Of a stretch of DNA of 30,341 nt, positions 7,987 to 19,463 are shown piece after piece (the stretch's first letter is position 1; each line of letters opens with the position of its first letter). The stretch spans positions 10,251-40,591 of the forward strand of contig JAKJCD010000001.1 in the NCBI GenBank assembly GCA_022706625.1. The letters are read 5' to 3'. The position numbers and the translations under genes are program-made. The notes under the pieces were generated by a model that did no database searches, was not told where the DNA came from, and saw nothing but the letters and a program-made list of their open reading frames with translations. Source of the DNA: Bacillota bacterium (GTDB lineage Bacteria > Bacillota > Clostridia > Peptostreptococcales > Anaerovoracaceae).

Positions 7987-10339
7987 AACAGCGGATCATT
8001 CGGGGATATGTTTTGGAGTACGCGAGGCAATACGAAAAACGGAGGAGCTCATATCGGACAATACAGGTAAAAGTACCAGGATTTATACCTGCGGGCCTCT
8101 GATCCATAACAGAGCAGTGACAGATGATCTTCAAAATCGAGGTGTGGAAATCATTGAAAACCTTTCTTCGGCTGAACCGGGATCCGTCATCGTAATTCGT
8201 TCCCACGGGGAACCGGAATCGTTTTACAATGAGGCGGCGCAATCAGATTATAAAATAGTGGATGCGACTTGCCCCTTTGTAGCAAAAATCCATGAACTTG
8301 TATTGAAAGCACAGCTTGCCGGGAGAAATATCGTGGTCATCGGCGATGTAAACCACCCCGAGGTAAAGGGGATCGTAGGCTGGGCCGGAAAAAATTGTGA
8401 AGTGATTAACAGCATTGATGAAGCCGTGAAAATTGATTATGACAATATAACACTTGTGGCGCAAACTACTATTACAGGTTCTCTTTGGGACAGCATAGCC
8501 AACTATCTGACCGGCGTTAAATCGGATGTGATACCGTTAAGGACTATATGCAATGCTACGGATGAGCGTCAGAAAAGCTGCGAAAAAATTGCGCTGGAAT
8601 CGGACCTGATGATCGTTATAGGAGATAGAAACAGTGCAAATTCAAAAAAACTGCTTGAAATCGCTCAAAAGAACTGCAAAAAAACCTTTTTTGTTGAGAA
8701 TATTAATGATTTACCATTGAAACAAATCGAATTATGCGATAGAATAGGGGTTGCGGCAGGAGCTTCAACTCCTGAACGCATTATTAAGGAGGTTATTTCC
8801 ACTATGAGTGAAGCTATCACCGAGATGAAAGAAACGCAGATTGCGGATGCAATTGAAAATTCTGCAGAAGAACCCATTGTAAAAACGCCTGATGATGAAG
8901 CAACAACCGAAGCATCAGCTGCACCTGAAATCGAGCCGGAAGAGGAAGAAACAGAAAAGGCAAAGGAAACTCCTGAAGAAGCACCTCTACAGGAAGATAC
9001 TGCAGCCACAGAAGTCCAGGAAGAAGAACTGCATAAAATGGACGACTTCATGGCTGAGATCGACAAACAAATGATCCTTCCCAACAGGGGGGAAATTGTC
9101 GAAGGGGAGATCGTACAGGTTACCAACAGAGAGATCGTAGTGAATCTGAGGTGTAAAAAAGACGGCATCATTCCAATGTCTGAATTAATCCTTGAGGAAG
9201 GCCGGGAATTGACTGAAACATATAAGGCAGGAGATATCATCCAGGCAAAAGTCATAAAGACTGATGACGGTGAAGGAAATATCCTCTTATCAAAGAAAAA
9301 AGTTGAGATTAATGAACACTGGGACGAAATCAATGAAGCTCTTGATAATAAAACAGTAGTTAATGCGAAAGTGGTCAAGGAAGTCAAGGGCGGAGTAATA
9401 GCAGTATACAAAGAAGTATCCGGTTTTATCCCCATGTCCCAGCTGTCTGATCGGTATGTAGAAAAAGCTGACGAGTTCATAGGCAAAGTATTGCCGGTGA
9501 AAGTGAGCAGGGTGGACCAAAAAAGAAATAAGGCTGTTTTTTCGCACAAGGCTTATCTGTCTGAAGAAAAGCAAAGGAAGGTCCAGGAAATCTGGAATGC
9601 GCTGAATATCGGTGATGTGGTAGAAGGGACTGTTATGCGTTTCACGGATTACGGTGCTTTTGTAGATATAGGGGGTCTCGACGGACTTCTTCATATTTCC
9701 GAAATATCTTGGGGAAAACTCAAACATCCCCAGGAAGCTCTAAAAATTGGGGAAAGGATCGATGTCAAGATACTTTCTATAAATACGGAAAAGGGTAAGA
9801 TCTCTCTCGGACTGAAGCAAACTCAGCCCGAACCTTGGTCTGTGATAGATGACAAATACAAGACAGATCAGATAATAACGGGCAATGTGGTCCAGATCAA
9901 GGAATACGGTGCTTTCGTCGAGTTGGAGCCCGGCCTTGACGGGCTGGTTCATATATCCGAAATTGCGCATAAGCGCGTTACTAACATAGCTGATGAGTTA
10001 TCCGTCGGACAAACAGTACAAGCTAAGATCCTCGACATAGACAAAGAAAGAAAAAGAATAAGCCTTTCAATAAAGGAAACCATTGAACCTTCATTGATGG
10101 AGGAAGGAAAGACAGCACCATCCCGGGATGAAAATGAAGAAATAGCTGACGAAGCTGAGGGCGTTGCTGAGAAGATAGTGGAAAAAACTACAGAGTTCAT
10201 CGAAGAAGTTAAAGAAAATATTGACGAGCTGAAAGAAAAGGCAAAAGAAGTCAAGGAAGCGGCAGAGGATATCTTAGAATCTGTCACGGATAAAGCGGAA
10301 GATATCATCGAGGATATCAAAGAAAAAATTGAGGACTGA
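7976..10339 (+). CDS. ispH: Bifunctional 4-hydroxy-3-methylbut-2-enyl diphosphate reductase / 30S ribosomal protein S1 fusion
   Basis: IspH Fe-S Cys motifs GICFGV, DATCPFV, TICNAT, plus RSHG, SANS and GASTP; then an acidic linker and four S1 domains (e.g. YGAFVDIGGLDGLLHISEISW); acidic C-terminal extension. Confidence 0.95.
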   Translation: MKIRTADHSGICFGVREAIRKTEELISDNTGKSTRIYTCGPLIHNRAVTDDLQNRGVEIIENLSSAEPGSVIVIRSHGEPESFYNEAAQSDYKIVDATCPFVAKIHELVLKAQLAGRNIVVIGDVNHPEVKGIVGWAGKNCEVINSIDEAVKIDYDNITLVAQTTITGSLWDSIANYLTGVKSDVIPLRTICNATDERQKSCEKIALESDLMIVIGDRNSANSKKLLEIAQKNCKKTFFVENINDLPLKQIELCDRIGVAAGASTPERIIKEVISTMSEAITEMKETQIADAIENSAEEPIVKTPDDEATTEASAAPEIEPEEEETEKAKETPEEAPLQEDTAATEVQEEELHKMDDFMAEIDKQMILPNRGEIVEGEIVQVTNREIVVNLRCKKDGIIPMSELILEEGRELTETYKAGDIIQAKVIKTDDGEGNILLSKKKVEINEHWDEINEALDNKTVVNAKVVKEVKGGVIAVYKEVSGFIPMSQLSDRYVEKADEFIGKVLPVKVSRVDQKRNKAVFSHKAYLSEEKQRKVQEIWNALNIGDVVEGTVMRFTDYGAFVDIGGLDGLLHISEISWGKLKHPQEALKIGERIDVKILSINTEKGKISLGLKQTQPEPWSVIDDKYKTDQIITGNVVQIKEYGAFVELEPGLDGLVHISEIAHKRVTNIADELSVGQTVQAKILDIDKERKRISLSIKETIEPSLMEEGKTAPSRDENEEIADEAEGVAEKIVEKTTEFIEEVKENIDELKEKAKEVKEAAEDILESVTDKAEDIIEDIKEKIED

Positions 10340-10364
10340 TTATCTTAAAAGATCAAATACCGCA

Positions 10365-10393
10365 GGGGCAATTCCACATAAAGGAATTGCCCC
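10365..10393. terminator. Hairpin between convergent ispH-rpsA and recN (probable bidirectional terminator)
   Basis: Perfect 11-bp stem GGGGCAATTCC-acataaa-GGAATTGCCCC; the flanking U-tracts are weak. Confidence 0.7.
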
Positions 10394-10414
10394 ATTGCTT
10401 TAAATAAAGGAAGG

Positions 10415-12124
10415 TTATGACAGGGTCACTTGAATAGGTTCTTGCAAAGATTCGGAAATAAGTTCTTTCGCGTTTTTTAATGCGGCTTCAGTCACGTGCA
10501 GCCCGCCCAGTAGGCGGGCGATTTCATCGGTTTTTTCTTCTTGATTTAATAGTTTTACTGTTGTAACTGTCCGTCCCCCTGAAAGATCTTTTTGAATTTG
10601 ATAATGATAATCTGAAAACGCTGCGATCTGTGCGAGATGAGTTATGCAGATCACTTGATGAGAACCGGCTATCTGCTTTAATTTTTTGCCTACGATACTG
10701 GCAGTGATACCGCTGACACCGCTGTCAATCTCATCAAAAATAAGTGTCGGAATACCGTCAAATCCACCGAGCATAGCTTTAAAGGCAAGCATTATTCTCG
10801 ATATTTCACCGCCGGAAGCGATTTTGCTTAAAGGCTTAGGCTGTTCACCTTTGTTTGTGACAATCAGGAACTCAACTTGATCGGATCCCGATTCAGTATA
10901 TTTTTTTTCACCATGCTCCGTCAGGGGAGTAAATGATACGGTCAGTGAGGAGTCTTTGAAGTTGAGTTCACCAAGCTCTCTTGCCATATCAAGTTCCATC
11001 TTTTTTGCCGCATCTTTTCGCAGAGCTGTCAGCTTTTCGCAGGCGGCATCCAAGCGATTTTTAGATATAGAAAGTTCTTTCGCGAGTGTTTGCTGCAACT
11101 GGTCGGAGTTATCTATATGTGACAGAAGTTCAGCCGTCTTTTGTTTATGCGAGAGGACATTTTCCAGCGTTCCGCCATATTTCTTTTTTAACCGGTTCAA
11201 CAAATCGATACGTTCTGAAACAGTATTAATAATCTCGGGAGAAAAAGAGACAGAGTCTTTTGCCTTACGGATATCCATGCACAGATCTTCGAGCCTGTAG
11301 AAACAGTCTGATATGGTCTCGGATAAATATGAAAATTCATTAGAAAAGTTTTTTATTTCACCCATGAGCCTAGAACTCTTACCTAAGGTGTCCAATGAAG
11401 AAGACTGCCCATAAAGAAGCTCATAAACTTCAGACAAAGTCGAGTAAAGCTTTTCGCTGTTTTGCAGAATCAGTAATTGTTCAGAAAGAGAATCATCCTC
11501 TCCAGGAATGGGATCTGCCTGAGTTATCTCCGACAGCTCGTACTGCATAAAATCACGATTTCTGAGTTGTTCGGCCTGCAAGCTCATAACAGTATTAAGC
11601 TCGTTTTCTAAGCCTTTATATTCTTCATATAGCTTATAAACCGATTGCTTGATCGCACCGATGGACTGCTTGCCGTATTCATCAAGCAGTTTAAGATGTG
11701 TGTCCGGGTCAAGAAGGGATTGATGGTCGTATTGACCGTGAATATCGGCGATCCTTCTGCAAATGTTGTTTAAAAAAGACAAAGAGACCAGAGTGCCGTT
11801 AACGCGGCAAATACTTTTTCCGCCGGCATAGATTTCCCTAAGTATGTAGAAACCATCCTCGCTGTTGATGCTGTTTCCGGCGAGTAAGGCCCGAATCCCG
11901 GGATCTTCGATTTCCGCAGCCAATTCTATGATTGCTTTATCTTTTCCCGAACGAACTAAGGTTGTATCCGCTCTCCCTCCCAATGCCATGCTGACAGCTT
12001 CGATTATAATCGATTTTCCAGCTCCGGTTTCGCCGGTCAATATATGCAAACCTCTTTTAAAATCAAGGCTTATATTATCGATAATAGCAAAATCCCTAAT
12101 AGATATATGTGTGAGCATAGCCAT
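10415..12124 (-). CDS. recN: DNA repair protein RecN
   Basis: LTHISIRDFAII, Walker A GETGAGKS, HGQYDHQSLL, ASGGEISR signature, Walker B LIFDEID, CITHLAQIAA. Confidence 0.96.
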   Translation of the reverse strand: MAMLTHISIRDFAIIDNISLDFKRGLHILTGETGAGKSIIIEAVSMALGGRADTTLVRSGKDKAIIELAAEIEDPGIRALLAGNSINSEDGFYILREIYAGGKSICRVNGTLVSLSFLNNICRRIADIHGQYDHQSLLDPDTHLKLLDEYGKQSIGAIKQSVYKLYEEYKGLENELNTVMSLQAEQLRNRDFMQYELSEITQADPIPGEDDSLSEQLLILQNSEKLYSTLSEVYELLYGQSSSLDTLGKSSRLMGEIKNFSNEFSYLSETISDCFYRLEDLCMDIRKAKDSVSFSPEIINTVSERIDLLNRLKKKYGGTLENVLSHKQKTAELLSHIDNSDQLQQTLAKELSISKNRLDAACEKLTALRKDAAKKMELDMARELGELNFKDSSLTVSFTPLTEHGEKKYTESGSDQVEFLIVTNKGEQPKPLSKIASGGEISRIMLAFKAMLGGFDGIPTLIFDEIDSGVSGITASIVGKKLKQIAGSHQVICITHLAQIAAFSDYHYQIQKDLSGGRTVTTVKLLNQEEKTDEIARLLGGLHVTEAALKNAKELISESLQEPIQVTLS

Positions 12125-12142
12125 ACCTCGGGTAAAACAGGA

Positions 12143-12592
12143 TCATTTCAATATGTCGTGAAAGCGTTTTACAAGATCCGGAACATTTGCGGGGTCATCG
12201 GCAATTAAGAGAAGGGTATTATCTCCAGCTACGGTACCCACAACATGATTCATGCTCATCGTGTCGATAGCCTCGCCTGCAGCATTAGCGCAACCCGGGA
12301 GGGTTTTGATCACTATAAGGTTGCCGGAAGAGTCTACCGCTCTGATCGTTTCTTTAAAGATCGTTACAAAACGTTCGGGTGAAGGCTGCTCAGCTGCAGG
12401 GCTCACAGCATATTTATAACGACCTGACGGTGCAAGCACCTTAATGAGCTGAAGCTCTTTGATATCACGTGAGACTGTAGCCTGTGTGGCTTGATATCCT
12501 GCCTTTTTCAAAAGGGATACCAGTTTGTCCTGTGTCTCGACCTCATGAGAGTTGACAATATCCAATATCTTGTTTTGTCTAGCATACCTCAT
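12143..12592 (-). CDS. argR: Arginine repressor
   Basis: TQATVSRDIKEL winged-helix, VIKTLPG.A, GTVAGDNT; classic argR-recN order. Confidence 0.96.
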   Translation of the reverse strand: MRYARQNKILDIVNSHEVETQDKLVSLLKKAGYQATQATVSRDIKELQLIKVLAPSGRYKYAVSPAAEQPSPERFVTIFKETIRAVDSSGNLIVIKTLPGCANAAGEAIDTMSMNHVVGTVAGDNTLLLIADDPANVPDLVKRFHDILK

Positions 12593-12624
12593 GGCATCCT
12601 CCGTGTTTACTTGTTAATGACAAT

Positions 12625-12638
12625 TGAATATTTATGCG
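12625..12638. promoter_or_regulatory. ARG box (ArgR operator)
   Basis: TGAATATTTATGCG, 13/14 match to TGMATWWWWATKCA, 32 bp upstream of the argR start. Confidence 0.65.
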
Positions 12639-12655
12639 GCCGTTTATTTGTTTAC

Positions 12656-12684
12656 ATTATAGCACAGGAAACTTGGATAGAAAA
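12656..12684 (-). promoter_or_regulatory. Sigma-A extended -10 promoter for argR-recN
   Basis: Minus strand reads TGTG-C-TATAAT (perfect TRTG extended -10); weak -35. Confidence 0.65.
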
Positions 12685-12701
12685 GGTTATTATGTTATAA
12701 T
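12673..12701 (+). promoter_or_regulatory. Sigma-A extended -10 promoter for the ruvCAB-spoIID-queA-tgt operon
   Basis: TTGGAT(12673-12678)-N17-TATAAT(12696-12701) with TATG immediately upstream (TRTG). Confidence 0.7.
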
Positions 12702-12745
12702 CATTTTGACTTTTAGAGAGTATTAAAGACCGGCGGGAGATCAGG

Positions 12746-13285
12746 ATGAGGATAATGGGTATAGACCCGGGTTTTGCCATTGTAGGTTACGGTATTGTGG
12801 ACATGGAGGGCAGCCGTTTCACTGCTTGCTCTTATGGTGCTATCACCACCGATAAGGATATGGATATGCCCGACAGGTTAAAACATATATATTGCAGGCT
12901 TATGGAGATAATCGATGAATACCGTCCGGAGACTGTTGCAATAGAAGAACTGTTTTTCAATAAAAATGCAAAAACTGCTATTACCGTAGGTCAGGCAAGG
13001 GGAGTAGCCGTATTGGCATGTGCAAACTCCGGGCTGGAAATCTTCGAATATACTCCGCTTCAAATCAAACAGGGCCTGATAGGTTTCGGCCGGGCAGAAA
13101 AAGAGCAGGTGCAGTTTATGGTAAAGGCCATCCTTCATTTATCGGAGATGCCAAAGCAGGACGATACAGCGGATGCCCTGGCTGCCGCTATCTGCCACGG
13201 TAATTCCTCAACCTGCCTGAGACGTATCAAGGGTGGCATCGGACGGAATGCCGGGAAAAGGAAAAATGGAGGGACATCCATATGA
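12746..13285 (+). CDS. ruvC: Crossover junction endodeoxyribonuclease RuvC
   Basis: [26 protein letters not shown] catalytic acidic residues. Confidence 0.96.
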   Translation: MRIMGIDPGFAIVGYGIVDMEGSRFTACSYGAITTDKDMDMPDRLKHIYCRLMEIIDEYRPETVAIEELFFNKNAKTAITVGQARGVAVLACANSGLEIFEYTPLQIKQGLIGFGRAEKEQVQFMVKAILHLSEMPKQDDTADALAAAICHGNSSTCLRRIKGGIGRNAGKRKNGGTSI

Positions 13286-13863
13286 TCCATTATTTACGAG
13301 GGAACATCACCATGAGCTTCGACGGAGGTATTGTAGTGGAGACGTGCGGCGTGGGCTATAAAGTTTTTGTGCCTGATAATTCTCCGCTTTACACATATAA
13401 AAGTAAAGATGAGGTTACGGTTTTCACTGCCATGATCGTACGTGAGGATGACATAAGTATTTACGGTTTTCATGACAGCGACTCTCTTGACCTATTCCTG
13501 CTCCTGCGAACCGTAAACGGGGTGGGAGCAAAGGCTGCGCTCTCCGTTTTATCATGGATCCCAGTAGAGCATGTCAAGAAGGCGATAGCTTTTGAAGATC
13601 CGGCTACCCTCACAAAAGCAAACGGAATCGGTAAAAAGACGGCCCAGCGTATTGTTTTAGAATTGAAAGATAAAATAGGGAGTTTTGGAGAACTGTCGGA
13701 TCTCGCCGGAGATACTGGACTCGAAAGCGGAAGAGCAGAAGCTGTCAATGCCCTCATTGGCCTGGGCTACAGCCGAAGCGAGGCTATCAGCGCCATAGGT
13801 GCAATAAGCGATGACAATCTTCCCACGGAAGAATATATACGCCAGGCCTTGAGAAGGACATAG
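13282..13863 (+). CDS. ruvA: Holliday junction branch migration protein RuvA
   Basis: [18 protein letters not shown], HhH motifs NGVGAKAA and [16 protein letters not shown]; ATGA overlap with ruvC. Confidence 0.96.
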   Translation: MIHYLRGNITMSFDGGIVVETCGVGYKVFVPDNSPLYTYKSKDEVTVFTAMIVREDDISIYGFHDSDSLDLFLLLRTVNGVGAKAALSVLSWIPVEHVKKAIAFEDPATLTKANGIGKKTAQRIVLELKDKIGSFGELSDLAGDTGLESGRAEAVNALIGLGYSRSEAISAIGAISDDNLPTEEYIRQALRRT

Positions 13864-13873
13864 GAGAAACACG

Positions 13874-14902
13874 ATGGATTATGAAGACAGGATCGTTGAA
13901 ACCAGGCTTAATAATGATGAAGAAGAACTGGAATCGACTCTCAGGCCTAAGTATTTCAGTGAATACATAGGACAAAAGGGCGTTACGGACAATCTTAAGA
14001 TATATATCGAAGCGGCAAAGATGCGCAGGGAGCCCCTCGACCATGTTCTCTTTTACGGCCCGCCGGGCCTGGGCAAAACGACCTTGGCAGGGATAATAGC
14101 AAATGAATTGGGAGTCGATCTAAGGATCACTTCAGGTCCGGCTATCGAAAGGGCAGGGGACCTGGCGGCAATACTGACAAATCTCAATGACAACGATGTC
14201 TTATTCATTGACGAGATCCATAGATTGAACCGCTCCGTAGAAGAAGTTTTGTATTCCGCCATGGAAGACTTTGCCCTGGATATAATTATCGGAAAAGGCC
14301 CCTCCGCAAGATCTATAAGGCTGGACCTGGCGAAGTTTACTCTTATCGGAGCAACGACCCGAGCCGGCAGCCTTTCGGCTCCCCTGCGAGACCGTTTTGG
14401 GGTTATCAGCAAATTCGATATGTACACCGTGGAAGAGCTTTCTGAGATAATAAGACGCTCCGCCGGGATATTGAATATCAGTATCGATGAACCTTCTTTA
14501 GCGGAACTGGCAAGAAGATCCAGAGGAACTCCAAGGGTAGCAAACCGCCTGCTGAAACGAGTAAGAGATTTCAGCCAGGTAAAGGGTTCCGGCATCATAG
14601 ATACGAAGATAACGGATAAAACCCTGAAAGCACTGGGGATAGACGAGCGAGGTCTGGAAAGCCTTGACAGGGATATTCTTTCGATAATAATCCAACGGTT
14701 TAACGGAGGGCCTGTAGGCATAGATACCATTGCGGCTTCCATCGGTGAGGAACGGATCACTATTGAAGATGTATACGAACCGTACTTATTGCAGGCAGGC
14801 TTCCTTCACCGTACACAAAAGGGGAGAATGGTTTCTGCGGAAGCCTATCGGCATTTAGGTTTAGCTCAGCCCTGCGACGGACAAATATCCTTTGACGATT
14901 GA
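13874..14902 (+). CDS. ruvB: Holliday junction branch migration ATPase RuvB
   Basis: [50 protein letters not shown]. Confidence 0.97.
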   Translation: MDYEDRIVETRLNNDEEELESTLRPKYFSEYIGQKGVTDNLKIYIEAAKMRREPLDHVLFYGPPGLGKTTLAGIIANELGVDLRITSGPAIERAGDLAAILTNLNDNDVLFIDEIHRLNRSVEEVLYSAMEDFALDIIIGKGPSARSIRLDLAKFTLIGATTRAGSLSAPLRDRFGVISKFDMYTVEELSEIIRRSAGILNISIDEPSLAELARRSRGTPRVANRLLKRVRDFSQVKGSGIIDTKITDKTLKALGIDERGLESLDRDILSIIIQRFNGGPVGIDTIAASIGEERITIEDVYEPYLLQAGFLHRTQKGRMVSAEAYRHLGLAQPCDGQISFDD

Positions 14903-14928
14903 GTAAAGAGCTGTGATGAGGTGGCAAA

Positions 14929-16247
14929 ATGGTAAAAATTAAGCTTTGTACAGTAATACAAATAGTGGCGCTTTTGGGCACGATTTCGTTATTATCATTT
15001 TTTTATCCGATTGAGGTAAGAGCAGCCGAAGACACGGAGGGCATTAAAATCGGATTAAAATATGGTTTAAATGCCGTAACTCAGTGCGTCATCACTTCTC
15101 CTACAGGTTTTATTCTTGGTACGCTCGAAGACGGAGGCTTTTCCGAAACCCTTCCGCTTCCGGCATATAAAGAAGTTACCGCAGCCGCAAAAAGCGGTCA
15201 TGTGGAGTTAAGGGACGAAGCCGGCGTGCTTCTGTCGGCTGATATAGGGGTCAACGGCTGCATAATGCCTTATGAATCAGCAGAAGGGCAACTGATCTCA
15301 TTGAATGGGCAGAAATACCGCGGTGGAATATTGTTAAAGACAGATAGCGGTAATAAGCTTACAGTGATCAATTACCTGACTATGGAAGAGTATCTTTATG
15401 GAGTGATCCCCGGAGAGATGCATCATGATAATCCGCTGGAAGCTTTAAAGGCGCAGGCTGTTGCGGCAAGGACCTTTGCGATCATTAATAAAGCTGTGTC
15501 TGAGACGAGGGGAATGATGATTTATTATCAGAACGAACCGGCAGCCGCATTTTATTCTAAAAACAGCGGCGGGCACACACAGAATTCCGAGGATGTATGG
15601 TCAACAGCTTCCCCGCATTTGCGCGGTATTGCAGATCAATACAGCCCTGATCTTCCATGGCAGTCGACAATGAGTTTTGAAACACTGAGGCAGAAGCTGA
15701 TACAAGAGGAGGGGGACCCGGGGGCTGTGATATCGGTTCGTATAGGCGAGCGTGATGCCTCGGGGGCTGTCGCTTCTTTGATTATTAAAGGGAAGGATAA
15801 GGAAGTAAATCTGACAAAATCGAGGGTACGGGCTGTTTTGGGAACTTCATTAGTCAAATCGCGGCATTTTTGCATAGGGGATACATACGAAAAAAGCAAT
15901 CAGCCGGATACCGGCAGCCTGGCACTGCTTTCCGCTCAGGGTATCAAAAATGCGACAAACTCGGACCGGGTCTATTTATTAAACGGGGATGGAAAACTGA
16001 ATACATCAGATCTAATCTCGTTGAAAATTACCAAGGAGAACAGGGCAGTGGATTTGGAATCGTTTTCGAGTAATACAGCAAAATTTGATGACAGTAAAAT
16101 AGCTGCTGACGGGTCTTTGACATTGACCGGTTTAGGATACGGTCACGGGGTTGGGATGGCTCAGGATGGTGCGATCATCATGGCAAGGCAGGGTAAAAGC
16201 TTTATGGAAATATTAAAATACTATTATACCGGTATTGAGGTCTATTG

Positions 16248-16248
<1 letters not shown>
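14929..16248 (+). CDS. SpoIID/LytB-domain lytic transglycosylase-like protein, apparently with an internal in-frame deletion
   Basis: Signal peptide; [12 protein letters not shown] (catalytic Glu), [35 protein letters not shown]....EIL.YYY. Confidence 0.85.
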
Positions 16249-18415
<2,167 letters not shown>

Positions 18416-18493
18416 CAGATTAGCCCATCAAGCTGCGTCGATTTAGCAGCATTCCGGCGACAAACGAATACCTGAACAAAAGGAGTGAATCAT

Positions 18494-19417
18494 ATGCCGA
18501 TTATTGTACCAAAAGGCTTGCCAGCATTTGGAGTTTTAAAAGAAGAAAATGTTTTTGTCATGAATCAGCTGAGAGCTGAAACCCAGGACATACGTCCCTT
18601 GGAGATAGCAATAGTAAATCTGATGCCGACAAAAGAGGTCACTGAAACACAGCTTATCAGGCTTCTTGCGAATACCCCCCTGCAAGTTAATCTCAAGCTC
18701 CTCACCATGGAATCTCATGATTCTAAAACCACCAAAAAAGAGCATCTTGAAAATTTCTATAATACCTTTGAAGAAATCAAAAATCAACGCTTTGATGGCA
18801 TGATCATCACAGGAGCGCCGGTAGAGTTTTTACCTTATGAAGAAGTAGATTATTGGAAAGAGCTATCGGAGATCATGGAATACAACAGAAATAATGTCTT
18901 CAGTGTTCTTCACATTTGCTGGGGAGCTCAGGCGGCAATGTACTACCATTATGGAATCGATAAATATGTGCTTCCGGAAAAATTATTCGGAGTTTTTCCG
19001 CATATTGTTAAAGATACAAAGTCAGAGCTGATGCGCGGTTTTGATGAAGTGTTTTATGCCCCGCACAGCCGCCATACCCAAGTCAGAAAGGAAGACATAC
19101 TGGGCATACCCGAGCTGATCATCTTGGCGGAATCGGAAATTGCAGGAGCTCATATCGTTGCAACGAAAGACAAGCGCATGATATTCGTACAGGGCCATGC
19201 CGAATACGACAGCGATACCTTACGCCTTGAGTATGAACGTGACATAAGAAAAGGGATGGATATTGAAGTTCCTTGTAACTATTTTGAAATGGATGATCCA
19301 TCGAAAAAAGTGCTGGTTCGTTGGAAAGGGCATGCAAACCTCTTCTTTGCAAATTGGCTAAATTACGTTTATCAGGAAACTCCATATGATCTTAATAAAC
19401 TGGACGAGTTAAGATAA
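18494..19417 (+). CDS. metA: Homoserine O-acetyltransferase (MetA family, predicted acetyl-specific)
   Basis: [23 protein letters not shown] (Glu at the specificity position points to acetyl-CoA), ICWGAQ, GHAEYD; ATG 18494 is 8 nt after AGGAG. Confidence 0.93.
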   Translation: MPIIVPKGLPAFGVLKEENVFVMNQLRAETQDIRPLEIAIVNLMPTKEVTETQLIRLLANTPLQVNLKLLTMESHDSKTTKKEHLENFYNTFEEIKNQRFDGMIITGAPVEFLPYEEVDYWKELSEIMEYNRNNVFSVLHICWGAQAAMYYHYGIDKYVLPEKLFGVFPHIVKDTKSELMRGFDEVFYAPHSRHTQVRKEDILGIPELIILAESEIAGAHIVATKDKRMIFVQGHAEYDSDTLRLEYERDIRKGMDIEVPCNYFEMDDPSKKVLVRWKGHANLFFANWLNYVYQETPYDLNKLDELR

Positions 19418-19463
19418 CAAAACTAATTTCTATCTAAGACTTTGATGAAAGGGGCTAAGGCAA

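Noticed and set aside
8665-9549. 294-aa antisense ORF (also 9949-10320, 2531-2998, 3563-3850)
   Set aside because: Ser/Phe-rich mirror of Glu/Lys-rich sense genes; typical antisense shadow ORFs.
7976-10339. IspH-S1 fusion itself as a novelty
   Set aside because: This fusion is already well known in Clostridia; only the internal start and the tail are flagged.
12593-12745. LexA (SOS) box for recN/ruv
   Set aside because: No GAAC-N4-GTTY match was seen in the intergenic region.
14053-14760. 235-aa antisense ORF in ruvB and 265-aa antisense ORF 16593-17390 in queA
   Set aside because: Fully opposite highly conserved genes; no SD or recognisable motifs.
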